Below, in pieces: positions 31,628 to 41,889 of a stretch of DNA of 64,000 nt. Origin of the DNA: Paramoeba atlantica (taxonomy: Eukaryota > Protista > Discosea); NCBI GenBank assembly GCA_977017575.1, contig CDRNVI010000063.1, positions 186,001 through 250,000 on the forward strand. Direction: 5' to 3'. Numbering within the stretch: position 1 is the stretch's first letter; every line of letters begins with the position of its first letter. The notes below the pieces were generated by a model. The model was not told where the DNA came from. It made no database searches and saw nothing but the letters and a program-made list of their open reading frames with translations. The translations under genes were made by a program, and so were the position numbers.

Positions 31628-34600
31628 TCAATATTGGTGAAACGCAGATACATCTTCCGGGCGTATGTTACAGCCCTTCAGCGTATTAAACAGTCGAATA
31701 GAGGTATCAAATCGTCGAGGGTGCGATTGCGGAGTTTTTCTTGCCGAACAAGGAACACCCTTTCCGGTCAAAATCCGGGGTTTGTCACTCATCCATATCC
31801 CTTCTTCGACAAGAAAAGTAAATACGTCTCTCATTGCAACACTAAAACTCACCAGACGTCCTGCAAGAGCTCGTGTGACGCGCAGAGACAGTGCCTCGAC
31901 GTTTGGTAGATCGCCTAAACGCAATCGACGACGAACAATCGCACGCCGATAAGGACTCAGATGTTTCACTTGGAGTTTGCGTATGTATTTCTGTGCGTTT
32001 TGTAATCTGTCAGAAGGAATGGCATTATCGAGAACAAATGGTGACACAGATCTATTGTGATCTCCAGAGTAGTTACTTTGTGAAACATTTTTTGTTGATT
32101 GCGCTTTTGATGGGACACCAAGTGCAGCGTTCATTAATTTGCGAAAATTGGAAAGTCCTTCAAAATCGAAGTCGGAGGATGCAAGGTCTGAAACTAAACA
32201 TCCCAGTGCGCCAGATGGTAAGTCCCCAATTCGCATTGACTTGTAACGCTGTAAGTAGGAAGATAATTCGCGTAATTCGTGCTCACTTTTTGAAAGATTC
32301 AGATGAGTGGAATCTAAACGTTGAAGTAGTGCATTTAATAAAGGCGTCCAGACGTAGTTCACTTTATTTGTTTCGTCATTTACAGAGCCTCGTCGAAGTT
32401 GTGATCTGATACGAGAAGCTAGGTTTAGTGAAACATTCTTCGAAAATCCGGGTAAGTCTGATGACTGAATATCTCTTTCGCTCTCTTGAAAATTAAACGT
32501 CCCGTCACGAAATTGGGTTAGCAGCTGTTCGATGCGACGAAGACGCCGCAGAAGAACGAGCACTGAGGCGCGAGTGCCCTCAACTACATCGTATATCGCC
32601 ACCCCCAATGAAGTATCTTTCGCGCTCAAGGGATTAAAAAAATGAGTTTGTAGAAAATGCGCAACGAGGCTAGTGGACCACGCCTCGGAACTCCTTGGTC
32701 CGTCTTCCCAGGAAACCCATTGCATCCAATGCGTAGAACTAGAGTTGAAATGCGAATTGAGCGCATAAAGCAGAGCATGCAGGCGAGAGGAAATATCTGA
32801 TTTCATGTTCAGTAATGCAACGTCGCTTGAATCACTTTGTTTTCCCCCAATGGCGGCTTCCTCGACAATCAATCTGTATACACCTTCGAGCGTTTCCCCT
32901 GCTAGATCGTTTTGTAAAACACTAGAAATATCTCCGGGAGATGTGATTTGTGACATTCTTTCCACAGAAAAATAAATTTGATCAGAAAGCGTGTTTACAC
33001 TTCGTATCCAAAGTTTTGCCAATAATTGCTTGCGCACTCCTGAGAAGGGTGCTGCATTGGTACGACCTGTATTCAGGTAGAGTAATGGAATCAGTTTTTT
33101 GTGGAAGTTATTTACTGTTTGATCGAATTGCCAACCGCTCAGACTATTCCCTCGGATAAAAGAGCGGTCGAATGCGTTCCATACAGTCAAGCCTGTACAT
33201 GACTCTTCACTTTTTATTGTCTGTAGAAAGGGCTCGATTTTATCGTCTTCGACTGGCCCGATACCATTCAATGATGGATCTATGGTGCTGGGTGCTGTAA
33301 AAAGCCGAAATGGAAGATCCTCTTTGCATAGTTCGAAATAAAAGTTTGAACGTGCATCAGAAATAGCGCGCAATAAATTTGAAATGGCAGCTTGATTAGG
33401 ATATGTTTGCTTTAACTGGCAACTTTCTATCTTGCCACGCGTAATACGTTCCCTGTATACCGGAAGGGCCCTTCGGTTTTGGTAACATGCTGATCTCAAG
33501 AAGTCATGATCTTCTTCCTTTCTTGATTTTCTCCTCGCTTGAGGAATCGTGTTGGCAGGATAAATTCTTGCGTCGGAAGTACGCAAACCACCCTCATCAT
33601 CATCTTCACATCGCATTGCCGAGCTTGAATCGAGTAGGGTTTCAAATTGCCGAATCGCATATTGAATTAAACTCAGCACTGGAGGCAACGTATTAGAAAA
33701 GAGGTCTACTATAGTTTTCGATACCATCTTTTCGCTGCAGCATGTCTGGGCAAGGTAATTTAAACGAACGAGTTCGTTCTCGTATTCACTTTGTAGCGCG
33801 AAGAGATCTTCTGCTACCCACGCCATGCCGGACTCCGAAGATGAATTCTGCATCTCGTAAATAGCAGGGGACGAATCTTGCGGTTCCTCACATAAGCTAC
33901 GGTAATAGTTCACTAACGATCCAGAAATCATGTTCAGAGCATGACGAAAAAACTGTATGCACTCAAAAACATAATCGAATACGACTCCATTACTACAAGC
34001 TGGGATCCGCTGTGACGGAATGTCATACTTATGGTCACGGCTGTCGCGTGCAGTGTCGAGAAGAAAAGAGATTAGATCTTTTCTGCCTCGAGCCGCGTAT
34101 CCGTACTGCAATGTGTGATGTTGTGCTCGACGCGAACTGGCGTCACTGTACCCTTTCTCTCTCATACTTTCTGCGCTATGCTGCAATTTTGCAAAAGCGC
34201 GGTGCAATTCATTCCAATCGGACGGGTCTGATGGGAGTGGATCCTCGAATGGATCTTCGATGTTTCGAAAACCTGGCGGCGTGTTGCCCGAAAGTAACGC
34301 TATCAAAAAGGTCGTACATTTTTCTATCGAACTCATGTGTTGCTTTGTGGTTAATGAATCAATCAGGAGAGAGTAGTCTGCCTGAGCACGTAGTAATTGC
34401 AACGTAAGCTGTACCCGAAGACGGCGCGCAATCTCGAAAGCAACCAAATTTTCTCGAACCATAAATTGTGTGAGAGCGTGGAGCACTATATTATGTGCTG
34501 TCGCAGTCTGGTTAAGCAACTGAGGGTCATCCTCTGCCGAGAGTGAAAATTTCGTGGGAGTTAAGCGAGGAGATATTTCTTCTTTTTCGGAGGCCGATAT

Positions 34601-34864
34601 TGCAATGACGTCCGTTTGATCCCGACAGCTTTCTTCATCAGACGGGGCGAACACAATTGGAAGAAGATACAGCAATCTGCCCTCCAGAATTTCCGTGGAA
34701 ATGGAGTCATCGCTAAGAGCTCTATGGAGTGTACGTAACTGTTGGTGTGAATAAGCAGGCGGAGACTGTCTATGTAACTCCTCGACTGCAGCTACAGATT
34801 CGGCTGAAAATAGAATCACTACCAAGCTTATAAACAGACAGGTACTGCGACACCGAATTATCAT
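31628..34864 (-). CDS. Orphan 1078-aa predicted secreted protein
   Basis: Long intact ORF with signal peptide MIIRCRSTCLFISLVVILFSAESVA. No recognised domain. Confidence 0.8.
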   Translation of the reverse strand: MIIRCRSTCLFISLVVILFSAESVAAVEELHRQSPPAYSHQQLRTLHRALSDDSISTEILEGRLLYLLPIVFAPSDEESCRDQTDVIAISASEKEEISPRLTPTKFSLSAEDDPQLLNQTATAHNIVLHALTQFMVRENLVAFEIARRLRVQLTLQLLRAQADYSLLIDSLTTKQHMSSIEKCTTFLIALLSGNTPPGFRNIEDPFEDPLPSDPSDWNELHRAFAKLQHSAESMREKGYSDASSRRAQHHTLQYGYAARGRKDLISFLLDTARDSRDHKYDIPSQRIPACSNGVVFDYVFECIQFFRHALNMISGSLVNYYRSLCEEPQDSSPAIYEMQNSSSESGMAWVAEDLFALQSEYENELVRLNYLAQTCCSEKMVSKTIVDLFSNTLPPVLSLIQYAIRQFETLLDSSSAMRCEDDDEGGLRTSDARIYPANTIPQARRKSRKEEDHDFLRSACYQNRRALPVYRERITRGKIESCQLKQTYPNQAAISNLLRAISDARSNFYFELCKEDLPFRLFTAPSTIDPSLNGIGPVEDDKIEPFLQTIKSEESCTGLTVWNAFDRSFIRGNSLSGWQFDQTVNNFHKKLIPLLYLNTGRTNAAPFSGVRKQLLAKLWIRSVNTLSDQIYFSVERMSQITSPGDISSVLQNDLAGETLEGVYRLIVEEAAIGGKQSDSSDVALLNMKSDISSRLHALLYALNSHFNSSSTHWMQWVSWEDGPRSSEAWSTSLVAHFLQTHFFNPLSAKDTSLGVAIYDVVEGTRASVLVLLRRLRRIEQLLTQFRDGTFNFQESERDIQSSDLPGFSKNVSLNLASRIRSQLRRGSVNDETNKVNYVWTPLLNALLQRLDSTHLNLSKSEHELRELSSYLQRYKSMRIGDLPSGALGCLVSDLASSDFDFEGLSNFRKLMNAALGVPSKAQSTKNVSQSNYSGDHNRSVSPFVLDNAIPSDRLQNAQKYIRKLQVKHLSPYRRAIVRRRLRLGDLPNVEALSLRVTRALAGRLVSFSVAMRDVFTFLVEEGIWMSDKPRILTGKGVPCSARKTPQSHPRRFDTSIRLFNTLKGCNIRPEDVSAFHQY

Positions 34865-35267
34865 GTCGTTAAAAAGTACAGTTAGACATGGTTTGGTGCA
34901 AAATGGATAGAAATAGGGTACAAAGGGACTAATAATTACTCTTGATGCAGTGGTAGTTGAATAGTGCGTATGAGATTATTGATACAGAGCTGATAACAAG
35001 AACAACATCGACGCGATAAAATACGCAGATTAATCGTGTGCGAGCAATTTTCTATAACATGAATTCACCGGGTGCTTACGTAATGTACCTCGCTTTTAAT
35101 AATTTCCATGCGCAAAGCTACGCATCTTTATCCCACAAAAAACAAGAGCTACTTTACTATCTATTTCATACAAAAAAACTGTACAACTACAATATATTCC
35201 TGACTATATTCCTATCGGTGTGTCCACAGACACGATTATTCGCACCGAATTACATACATAACACCTC

Positions 35268-38200
35268 CTAGTCATCATGCACTATAAAAGATCCCGTCAC
35301 GGAAAACGGGGGAGGGGCACTCGACCCGTTACTCGGACCGCCACGGGTTTCATTTTTCTTCTTTTCCTCCCCCTCCTGCACTGCCATAGTGCCTGTGGTA
35401 TCGGAACTTGTTGCGCCCAGCCCAGAGGAAGACACGGGGATGGCCTTGGCCGCACCTGGATGCCGCCGGGCTAAATTTTCCGACCCTGCACGTGGCGTGG
35501 TGGCCACTCGAGACTCCGGATCACACAACAACTCGAGCACTTGTGATTTCCATTTCGGAGTCTGCGGTAAGGGACTCTCGCCCTCGTGGGACGCAATCCC
35601 GAGCGCAAAATGCAGTACAGGGAGAACATGCTCGCGGTAGAATGTATTTCGCAGCGCCACATACCGTGACAGTGCCGGGGAGATGGCATCCGCAATATCC
35701 TCCGCCTGCTGCGCCCCTCCGGCCGACAACGTCGAGGCCTCCACCAAATTCGCGGACAGCAGCGCGGCCTCCCCGACTTTCTTCGCCTCCTGGAGCGCTC
35801 TCACCAACGTAGCTTTCTGCACCCTCATCTGGGACTGCTGCATCACCCCCCGCTTCACGGGGCGAGTCCCTCTCTCCACACTCTCCACCATACGATCCAC
35901 AAACGAGGCAAACTGACCTAAAAACCCTGTCTCTCGCCACAACCCACGTTGAATCACCATCACGTGCCGTAACACTTTCACCTTGGACAGCCCCGACAAA
36001 CTTTGTACCAACCCATGTCGAAACTGGTTTTGTACTTTTTTCGAATCCTCTACCGCTTTTTCCTTGTCTCCTTTTCGTCCTTCTTTTTCCTGTCTTATCC
36101 CCTCCCCCCTGACCACCACCGCCACCGGCAGCGGGATCGCCCCCGCCTCCCCGGCCCACGCGTGGAGCATACACGCCTTGATCTCCAGGTTGCGCCGGTC
36201 CTTGTTCCCGACCCCCACCGGGGGGCGCAGCGCGCGGAAGAGCTCCTCGGTGAGGTGACGACGGAACGGGGCGCCGTCCTTGCTGGGGGCGTTGCGGACT
36301 TCGGTGAGGACCTCGAGAAGGGCACGGAGACGGTGGCGCTCGAGCTGGGGACCGGTGAGAAGAGTGGAGGGGTGGAGGGTGGAGAGGCGGGAGCCCTTGC
36401 GCACGGCCCGGGTACGGCGGGAGGAAGAGGAGGAAGAGATAGAGGGGTTGAACAGATGAGAGGCGGTACGTTTGTGGTGTACAACAGTCGGTTTTTGGGG
36501 GGATTTGAGGTGACTGGGGTATCGGGAGGAGGGGGTTTCGGGGATGTCCTCACTTGCGGAGAGGGGAGTTGAGGAGGGGATTTTGGTGTCGGGTTTTGGG
36601 GTTTTGGATGCTGTTGCTTCTTCCCCTTCTAAGGCGGCATTGGTGTTGAGAGTTTCAAGGGCGACGGCGGTGGTGAGGGATTCTAGGACGGAGGAGACCC
36701 CGAGACGGTGAAAATCCAGAGCCAGGTCGACGACAGCTTCGACCTCAGCGCGAACAATGCTCTCGCGATGGGGTCCGAGTACGGGGGCGAAACGGCGGGC
36801 TTGGAGTAAGGGTGCGCGTAACGTCGCCTCGCTTTCGAATACGATGGGGCCGTCGTAGAGATCTTCCCACTCAAAGGCTTCTTGTAGAATGTTCTCCCGC
36901 AAGAGACGCACGTCCTCTTCTTTCGGGACGGACTCCGATACTCCTGACACGACCGAAATCCCTTGACTGGGTAGCACATTGAGAAAATCCCCCACAGCGG
37001 TGTCCCAGCGCGTATAAACCTGTGTACGACGTCGTTGGACGAGATCTAGTACATGGAGAAGAGAACGCTCATGAACGGGGGCTACTAAGAGCGATTTCCC
37101 TGACTCAATCTGGGCGGGGTTCATTTTGCTTTGTTCCACACGTAGCCGCACGACGACACCCAGGGCGTTTTGCAACTCATTGGTACCGTCCACCAAGGCG
37201 GCTGTGACGGAGTGGTGAAAAGTTTTCGCCGCGTCTCGGATAGGGTCCTCGAAGACGGAGCGCAGCGAGGAGGGGGCCTCCCGCTTCTCCTGCTCTGTTG
37301 CGGTACATATTTTCGTCTTTATAATATCCATGGCATCGTAGGTGTTGATTTCTGTTTTCAGAGCGAGCTCAATTTCAGAAAGGGGGACGCGAAGAAGGTC
37401 GCGCACGTGGGTGGCGGCTTCAAGTTCAGAAGCAGAGCCTGCGTCGTCGGAGGTGAGGGAGCGATCGTTTAGGAATTGCCGCGCTGTTTCGTGTTGGATA
37501 CCTACCCCGGACCACTGCCGAGAGGTTAACATTATTCTTCTCCACCCATTCGTGACTTTTTCAACACTCTCTGTGCGGCTCTCTGCTTTGTGCTGTGATG
37601 ATGCAAGCGACAGGATGTACGATGCCAGGCTTTTGATTTCGGTAAGTTGAGGAGCGAGAGTAAATTCTTCCTGAAACAGGGGTGGGACATCTTGCACATC
37701 AACAGCAGCACGGAGCACAATACTTTCCAACAGAAGCCGTCGTTCAAGGGCTCTGGCTACCCGCTTTCTGGTGCCCATTAAAGAGCGAAAAAATTGAGCC
37801 AAGCGCCTTCGCTTGCGAGCTGCGTTGTCCTCATCATCGTCGGATGCAGGGGAGGAGGAGAGTGAGCCTAGTTTTTCGAAGCCTCGGGGACCAAAAGCCA
37901 CGTAGCGCATCACATCTTGGAGTAAATAAGACTTACCGTCCGGCAACGCCTCTGCGTCGGCAGATTTGGGGCCTTGCTTCGCACAGAAAGCCTCCTCTTT
38001 TTCTGGGGAAATAAAAATTTCTTGTACAGCTTTTAGAGCTTCCTCCTCATTTAGTCGAGAGCCGTGTAGAAAAGCCATAGTTCGTGGGCTCTCCGTTTGC
38101 GATGATGATGGTTCTCCTGGGGATTTTAAATTGATCTTCGAAACAGATGTAAAACCCAAGGCCTGGCCCAAAGATGGAGGTTTAGAACCCTCCACGCCGC

Positions 38201-38594
38201 CTTCGCTGCTTTCGATCACATCGTCCACAACATCTTTCCTCGTATCACCGGGCGAGCAATTCGAAGAAGAAAACGGGAAGCACATGACGGAAGAAATGAT
38301 GCCACAAATTCTCTGAAGCACTTGTACAAAGAATATGAAAATTCGACGAAAAACGCTTACAGAAGGTGGAAAATCTTCCACCGATTCGCCATCGGTGGAA
38401 GATTTAAAGAACTCCTGCTCGTTAGAGACTCCGGAGCCGATGTCGTCAACTTCGGCCTTAGCAGAAACACGTTGAAGTGACGACAGGCTCAGCAGAGATC
38501 CTTTTAACGTTGGCCGAGGTACATCACGCCTAGGCACCAGACAGCACACCAGAAGAGCGACAGCGACATGAAACCAACGGCAACTAAGCTTCAT
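35268..38594 (-). CDS. Orphan 1108-aa protein with a signal peptide and an SSVxCFP N-terminal module
   Basis: Long intact ORF. Signal peptide MKLSCRWFHVAVALLVCCLV; motif at residues 76-107. Confidence 0.8.
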   Translation of the reverse strand: MKLSCRWFHVAVALLVCCLVPRRDVPRPTLKGSLLSLSSLQRVSAKAEVDDIGSGVSNEQEFFKSSTDGESVEDFPPSVSVFRRIFIFFVQVLQRICGIISSVMCFPFSSSNCSPGDTRKDVVDDVIESSEGGVEGSKPPSLGQALGFTSVSKINLKSPGEPSSSQTESPRTMAFLHGSRLNEEEALKAVQEIFISPEKEEAFCAKQGPKSADAEALPDGKSYLLQDVMRYVAFGPRGFEKLGSLSSSPASDDDEDNAARKRRRLAQFFRSLMGTRKRVARALERRLLLESIVLRAAVDVQDVPPLFQEEFTLAPQLTEIKSLASYILSLASSQHKAESRTESVEKVTNGWRRIMLTSRQWSGVGIQHETARQFLNDRSLTSDDAGSASELEAATHVRDLLRVPLSEIELALKTEINTYDAMDIIKTKICTATEQEKREAPSSLRSVFEDPIRDAAKTFHHSVTAALVDGTNELQNALGVVVRLRVEQSKMNPAQIESGKSLLVAPVHERSLLHVLDLVQRRRTQVYTRWDTAVGDFLNVLPSQGISVVSGVSESVPKEEDVRLLRENILQEAFEWEDLYDGPIVFESEATLRAPLLQARRFAPVLGPHRESIVRAEVEAVVDLALDFHRLGVSSVLESLTTAVALETLNTNAALEGEEATASKTPKPDTKIPSSTPLSASEDIPETPSSRYPSHLKSPQKPTVVHHKRTASHLFNPSISSSSSSRRTRAVRKGSRLSTLHPSTLLTGPQLERHRLRALLEVLTEVRNAPSKDGAPFRRHLTEELFRALRPPVGVGNKDRRNLEIKACMLHAWAGEAGAIPLPVAVVVRGEGIRQEKEGRKGDKEKAVEDSKKVQNQFRHGLVQSLSGLSKVKVLRHVMVIQRGLWRETGFLGQFASFVDRMVESVERGTRPVKRGVMQQSQMRVQKATLVRALQEAKKVGEAALLSANLVEASTLSAGGAQQAEDIADAISPALSRYVALRNTFYREHVLPVLHFALGIASHEGESPLPQTPKWKSQVLELLCDPESRVATTPRAGSENLARRHPGAAKAIPVSSSGLGATSSDTTGTMAVQEGEEKKKNETRGGPSNGSSAPPPFSVTGSFIVHDD

Positions 38595-38894
38595 AGGATA
38601 ATCTTTGTCTAGGCAAGCAAATATCCTTGATTTTGCTTTAACTGATAGAAAATACTGAGGATAAAAATTACTAAAGAAAGAATAGGCAATGCAGTGGCAT
38701 ACACTATTCTATACAATGCAAGTCATGCCGTTATTAAATTATATAAATTTTAGGTAGTGTGGAACCATTATCCCTTTTACTACAATTGTCTGTACAAAAC
38801 ACATCATCACAACATATTTTATGAGAGGAAGTGGTGAAATAAGAAATAAATGCACGCCTACTGCAGAGTGAAGTGAAGTGCAACCAGCGAACCA

Positions 38895-39818
38895 TTAGTT
38901 CTCTTCTTCAGGATTCGATGATCCGCTTCCGTCACTGGATAGAGCGCTAGTCTCCGTACCTGGGCAGTCCCCGAGTTCTACTTTTGGTTCGACTTCTGAA
39001 GGATCTGTTGAATGAGTTGTACTTTTTTTTATGGATGAAAAATCGAACTGGTGAACCTGTTCCGTCGTTTCTATATTTTCCCCACCAGACGTCGGAGGAT
39101 ACAACTTAAGGCCTTTTTGAGGTTGCTTGGGAGGTGAAAACCCACCCGGGTAATATGAAAAATTGGGTAAAGGAGCTGAAGCATGAGGCTCTAGGTAGTC
39201 CGGAGTCGTTTCTACTTGTGTTCGTGATGCTCCTTCAAATACAGGTTTATCATCTACGAGTGTGGAGCTCTCGTCCCCGTCCGAGTCACTCGTTCTCTGC
39301 ATTTCAGATGGCATTGTACTCTGATTCTTCACCGTAGACGGGGGTTGTTTTTGCGCAAGAGGAGGCTCGGCTTCGGAATACACTTCCCGTATCCCCTCCA
39401 TCATCTGGTTAAATTCAGTAACTAACTCGGTTACACCCTCCACGACACCGTCGAAAATTCCCATCGAGGAGGAAAATACTGTGGAGACGGAGCACACGGG
39501 GAAGCACCCGACACTGGACACGCAACAGCATAGATGGATGAGAAGACTAAGGAAGAAATGGAAAACAGTGCTAAGAATTCCAAGAGGTGGCGGCGGGGGT
39601 TCATCAGGCACGGTACGGTCATACCTTGGCAGGGAGCGCTGGTAGAGCTTCTGTGAGGAATCCGCGTCTGTGTTATATGCAATGTCCGCTACAATACGAT
39701 CCGCTTCAACCGAAGTGATGGAATGAAGTAAGGAAGAGCTTCCAATGATGGGAGATGAAAGTCCAGGGCAGATTGTGAGAAAAAGTACTGTGAAAGTGTG
39801 AAGCGAAGGAAAAAGCAT
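38895..39818 (-). CDS. Orphan 307-aa protein with a signal peptide and an SSVxCFP N-terminal module
   Basis: Start moved to MLFPSLH (ATG at 39818). It follows a polypyrimidine tract and AG (ttttcgtttttctccatattctttAG), a trans-splice-acceptor pattern. Confidence 0.75.
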   Translation of the reverse strand: MLFPSLHTFTVLFLTICPGLSSPIIGSSSLLHSITSVEADRIVADIAYNTDADSSQKLYQRSLPRYDRTVPDEPPPPPLGILSTVFHFFLSLLIHLCCCVSSVGCFPVCSVSTVFSSSMGIFDGVVEGVTELVTEFNQMMEGIREVYSEAEPPLAQKQPPSTVKNQSTMPSEMQRTSDSDGDESSTLVDDKPVFEGASRTQVETTPDYLEPHASAPLPNFSYYPGGFSPPKQPQKGLKLYPPTSGGENIETTEQVHQFDFSSIKKSTTHSTDPSEVEPKVELGDCPGTETSALSSDGSGSSNPEEEN

Positions 39819-40149
39819 GGAGGTGAATGCGCGTCTAAAGAATATGGAGAAAAACGAAAAGTTACTTGGCAATACGAAAAAGTGGAGTAAAAGGAATCGG
39901 TACATAGCAATCGGCATAAAAATGAGGTAACTTTTGTCCGCTGTGCAGCCGGATAGACACTTCATCCCAAACTGTGCGAGGGAATCGAATAAGTCCCTTT
40001 CTACACTTTATTATGGCTACTACTAACTTCCCGTCCGGGTTAATGTACCCCGCGGTACAATAATTAGCTACAGGTGCAATATAAATTCCGAAAATAGTGC
40101 AAAAAAATCTCAGAATACAATGGAACGCATTTTTTTAGATTTCGTATTT

Positions 40150-41180
40150 ATGCTCCGTACAATGCGTCCGCCTGCTGACGATGAGTTCTTCTAAGATGAA
40201 TTCTCCTCTCCGGGTTCTGAGAAGTACAGTACTGTATGTGGGTGGTATCTAGTATGTGGGTAGATCTCTGAGAAAGTGGGTGGTATTCCAGAGGCGATCC
40301 ACTTTCCTGAAAATGGTGGTATACAAGAGACATTGCCAATAACTGTGGAAGACCTGGGACCCAACGTAACAATGCGTGCATACCTTGATGTTGCCTTCCT
40401 CGGTCCTCCCACACTCGTAAAACGTGCGTATAGGATTTGTTACTGGCAGCATCTGTATACACGAGATAATGGATTTCTAAGTCTCACTCGTTCAAAACAG
40501 CACCGTATACTTCAGACTACAAGAGCGTAGTGTTCAACCTTGTAAAATCATCTGTCTGACCTCTAGAGTTCGTGTTTGCGATTTTGTTAACGGAACCCCG
40601 AGATAATGTACGATCTTCTACCTGATTTCTTCCCGTAAACCTCGAGAGAGAACTCACACAACTGTTGTTGCTGACATCGTCACACAGCGGATCTCGGCGT
40701 TTGTCCCCCGATGCGCGACGATCTTGGGACGGCTGGGCTTCACAGCCGGGACGACTTTTCCGCCTGTTATCCCCTTGAAACCGTTTCGGGGCATATTCCT
40801 TGTTCGCGGCCAGCGTCTGCAGACGAAGTCGTCCCATCGTGCTCAGTCGGATCGTTTTCTCCTGGGGGATATGTGAGCCTTGAGTATGGGGCAGAGTCCA
40901 GGTGCGGCCTACGCGAGCAAGATCACGCACGTCGCTGTGTTTGACACGGCGAAAGGCTTCTTGTACCATTCGCTGGGCAGGGTTGGAGCGGCCGCGGATG
41001 AGATTCCCTCGAACATGACGTCCAATGGCATAGGCCTTGGCAGACATGAACTGTACTGGATTGCGAATGTACATTCGATACGTTCTTGTAAAAAGTAAAA
41101 GTAGTCGCAGAAGTAGTAGAGTTCGTCAAAGACATGCTGCAAAAATTCAGAACCTTCATAAGACATATCTTCATATGAAA
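40150..41180 (-). pseudogene. Decayed ORF remnant, possibly with a Cys/His finger
   Basis: Overlapping broken frames, including ECGR...VCTHC...FHSYWQC. Several stops and frameshifts. Confidence 0.25.
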
Positions 41181-41889
41181 AAAAGCTTATGTAAACAACT
41201 GACTGTGCCCCCCCACTTATAGTGCCGCGGTTTTCGACCAAACGGCACTATAAGTCCCGGACCCAACATAGACGCTGCTATCAGAGAGCATGTAAAACCC
41301 GTAAATGTGAGGCACTCCGTATCATTCGTAATGGGAAAAATGGACATTGGTGAAAAAACCTATTTATGAGGATGCAAGAACGTAGATCCAAGAGTGGAAG
41401 GTGAAGGCAACAATACAAAAGTAATAAAAAACAGGAGAAAGAGAAAGATTTTTAGGCAAAACAAAATGCCCATCGAAAAAAAATTCGCCGCTTCGCGGCG
41501 GAAAGGCCGAATAAGACAGCGATCGGCAGAATATGGCAGAATACGGCAGAATAGCCAGTTGCCTCCCCTCTATATTAGGGCCTTATCATAAACACATTAT
41601 CAATGTAAACTATGCGATCGGGGAATCCATAGCTATTGGTTCAGCGAACCCACTGAACTACCAGCGAACCACCAGCGAACCAAGCGAACCACTTTTTGTG
41701 CTAAGCAGTACCACGCAGTAGAAATGGTTTACTCGATGTTACAAAGCAATATTCAACTTATCTTTTTTTCCTTATGTAGTTAGGGTAATTCATCATGGAA
41801 TAATCGTCTTTAAAAAATAGACTCTCTCGAGGTCAACGATGACATGGTATTTAGGACAGTAAATACATGAGTTAATTGACAGCTACGAG

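Noticed and set aside
34700-34730. PEXEL-like RALSD in the 1078-aa orphan
   Set aside because: A 5-residue degenerate motif is expected by chance, and it is absent from the two neighbouring secretory proteins.
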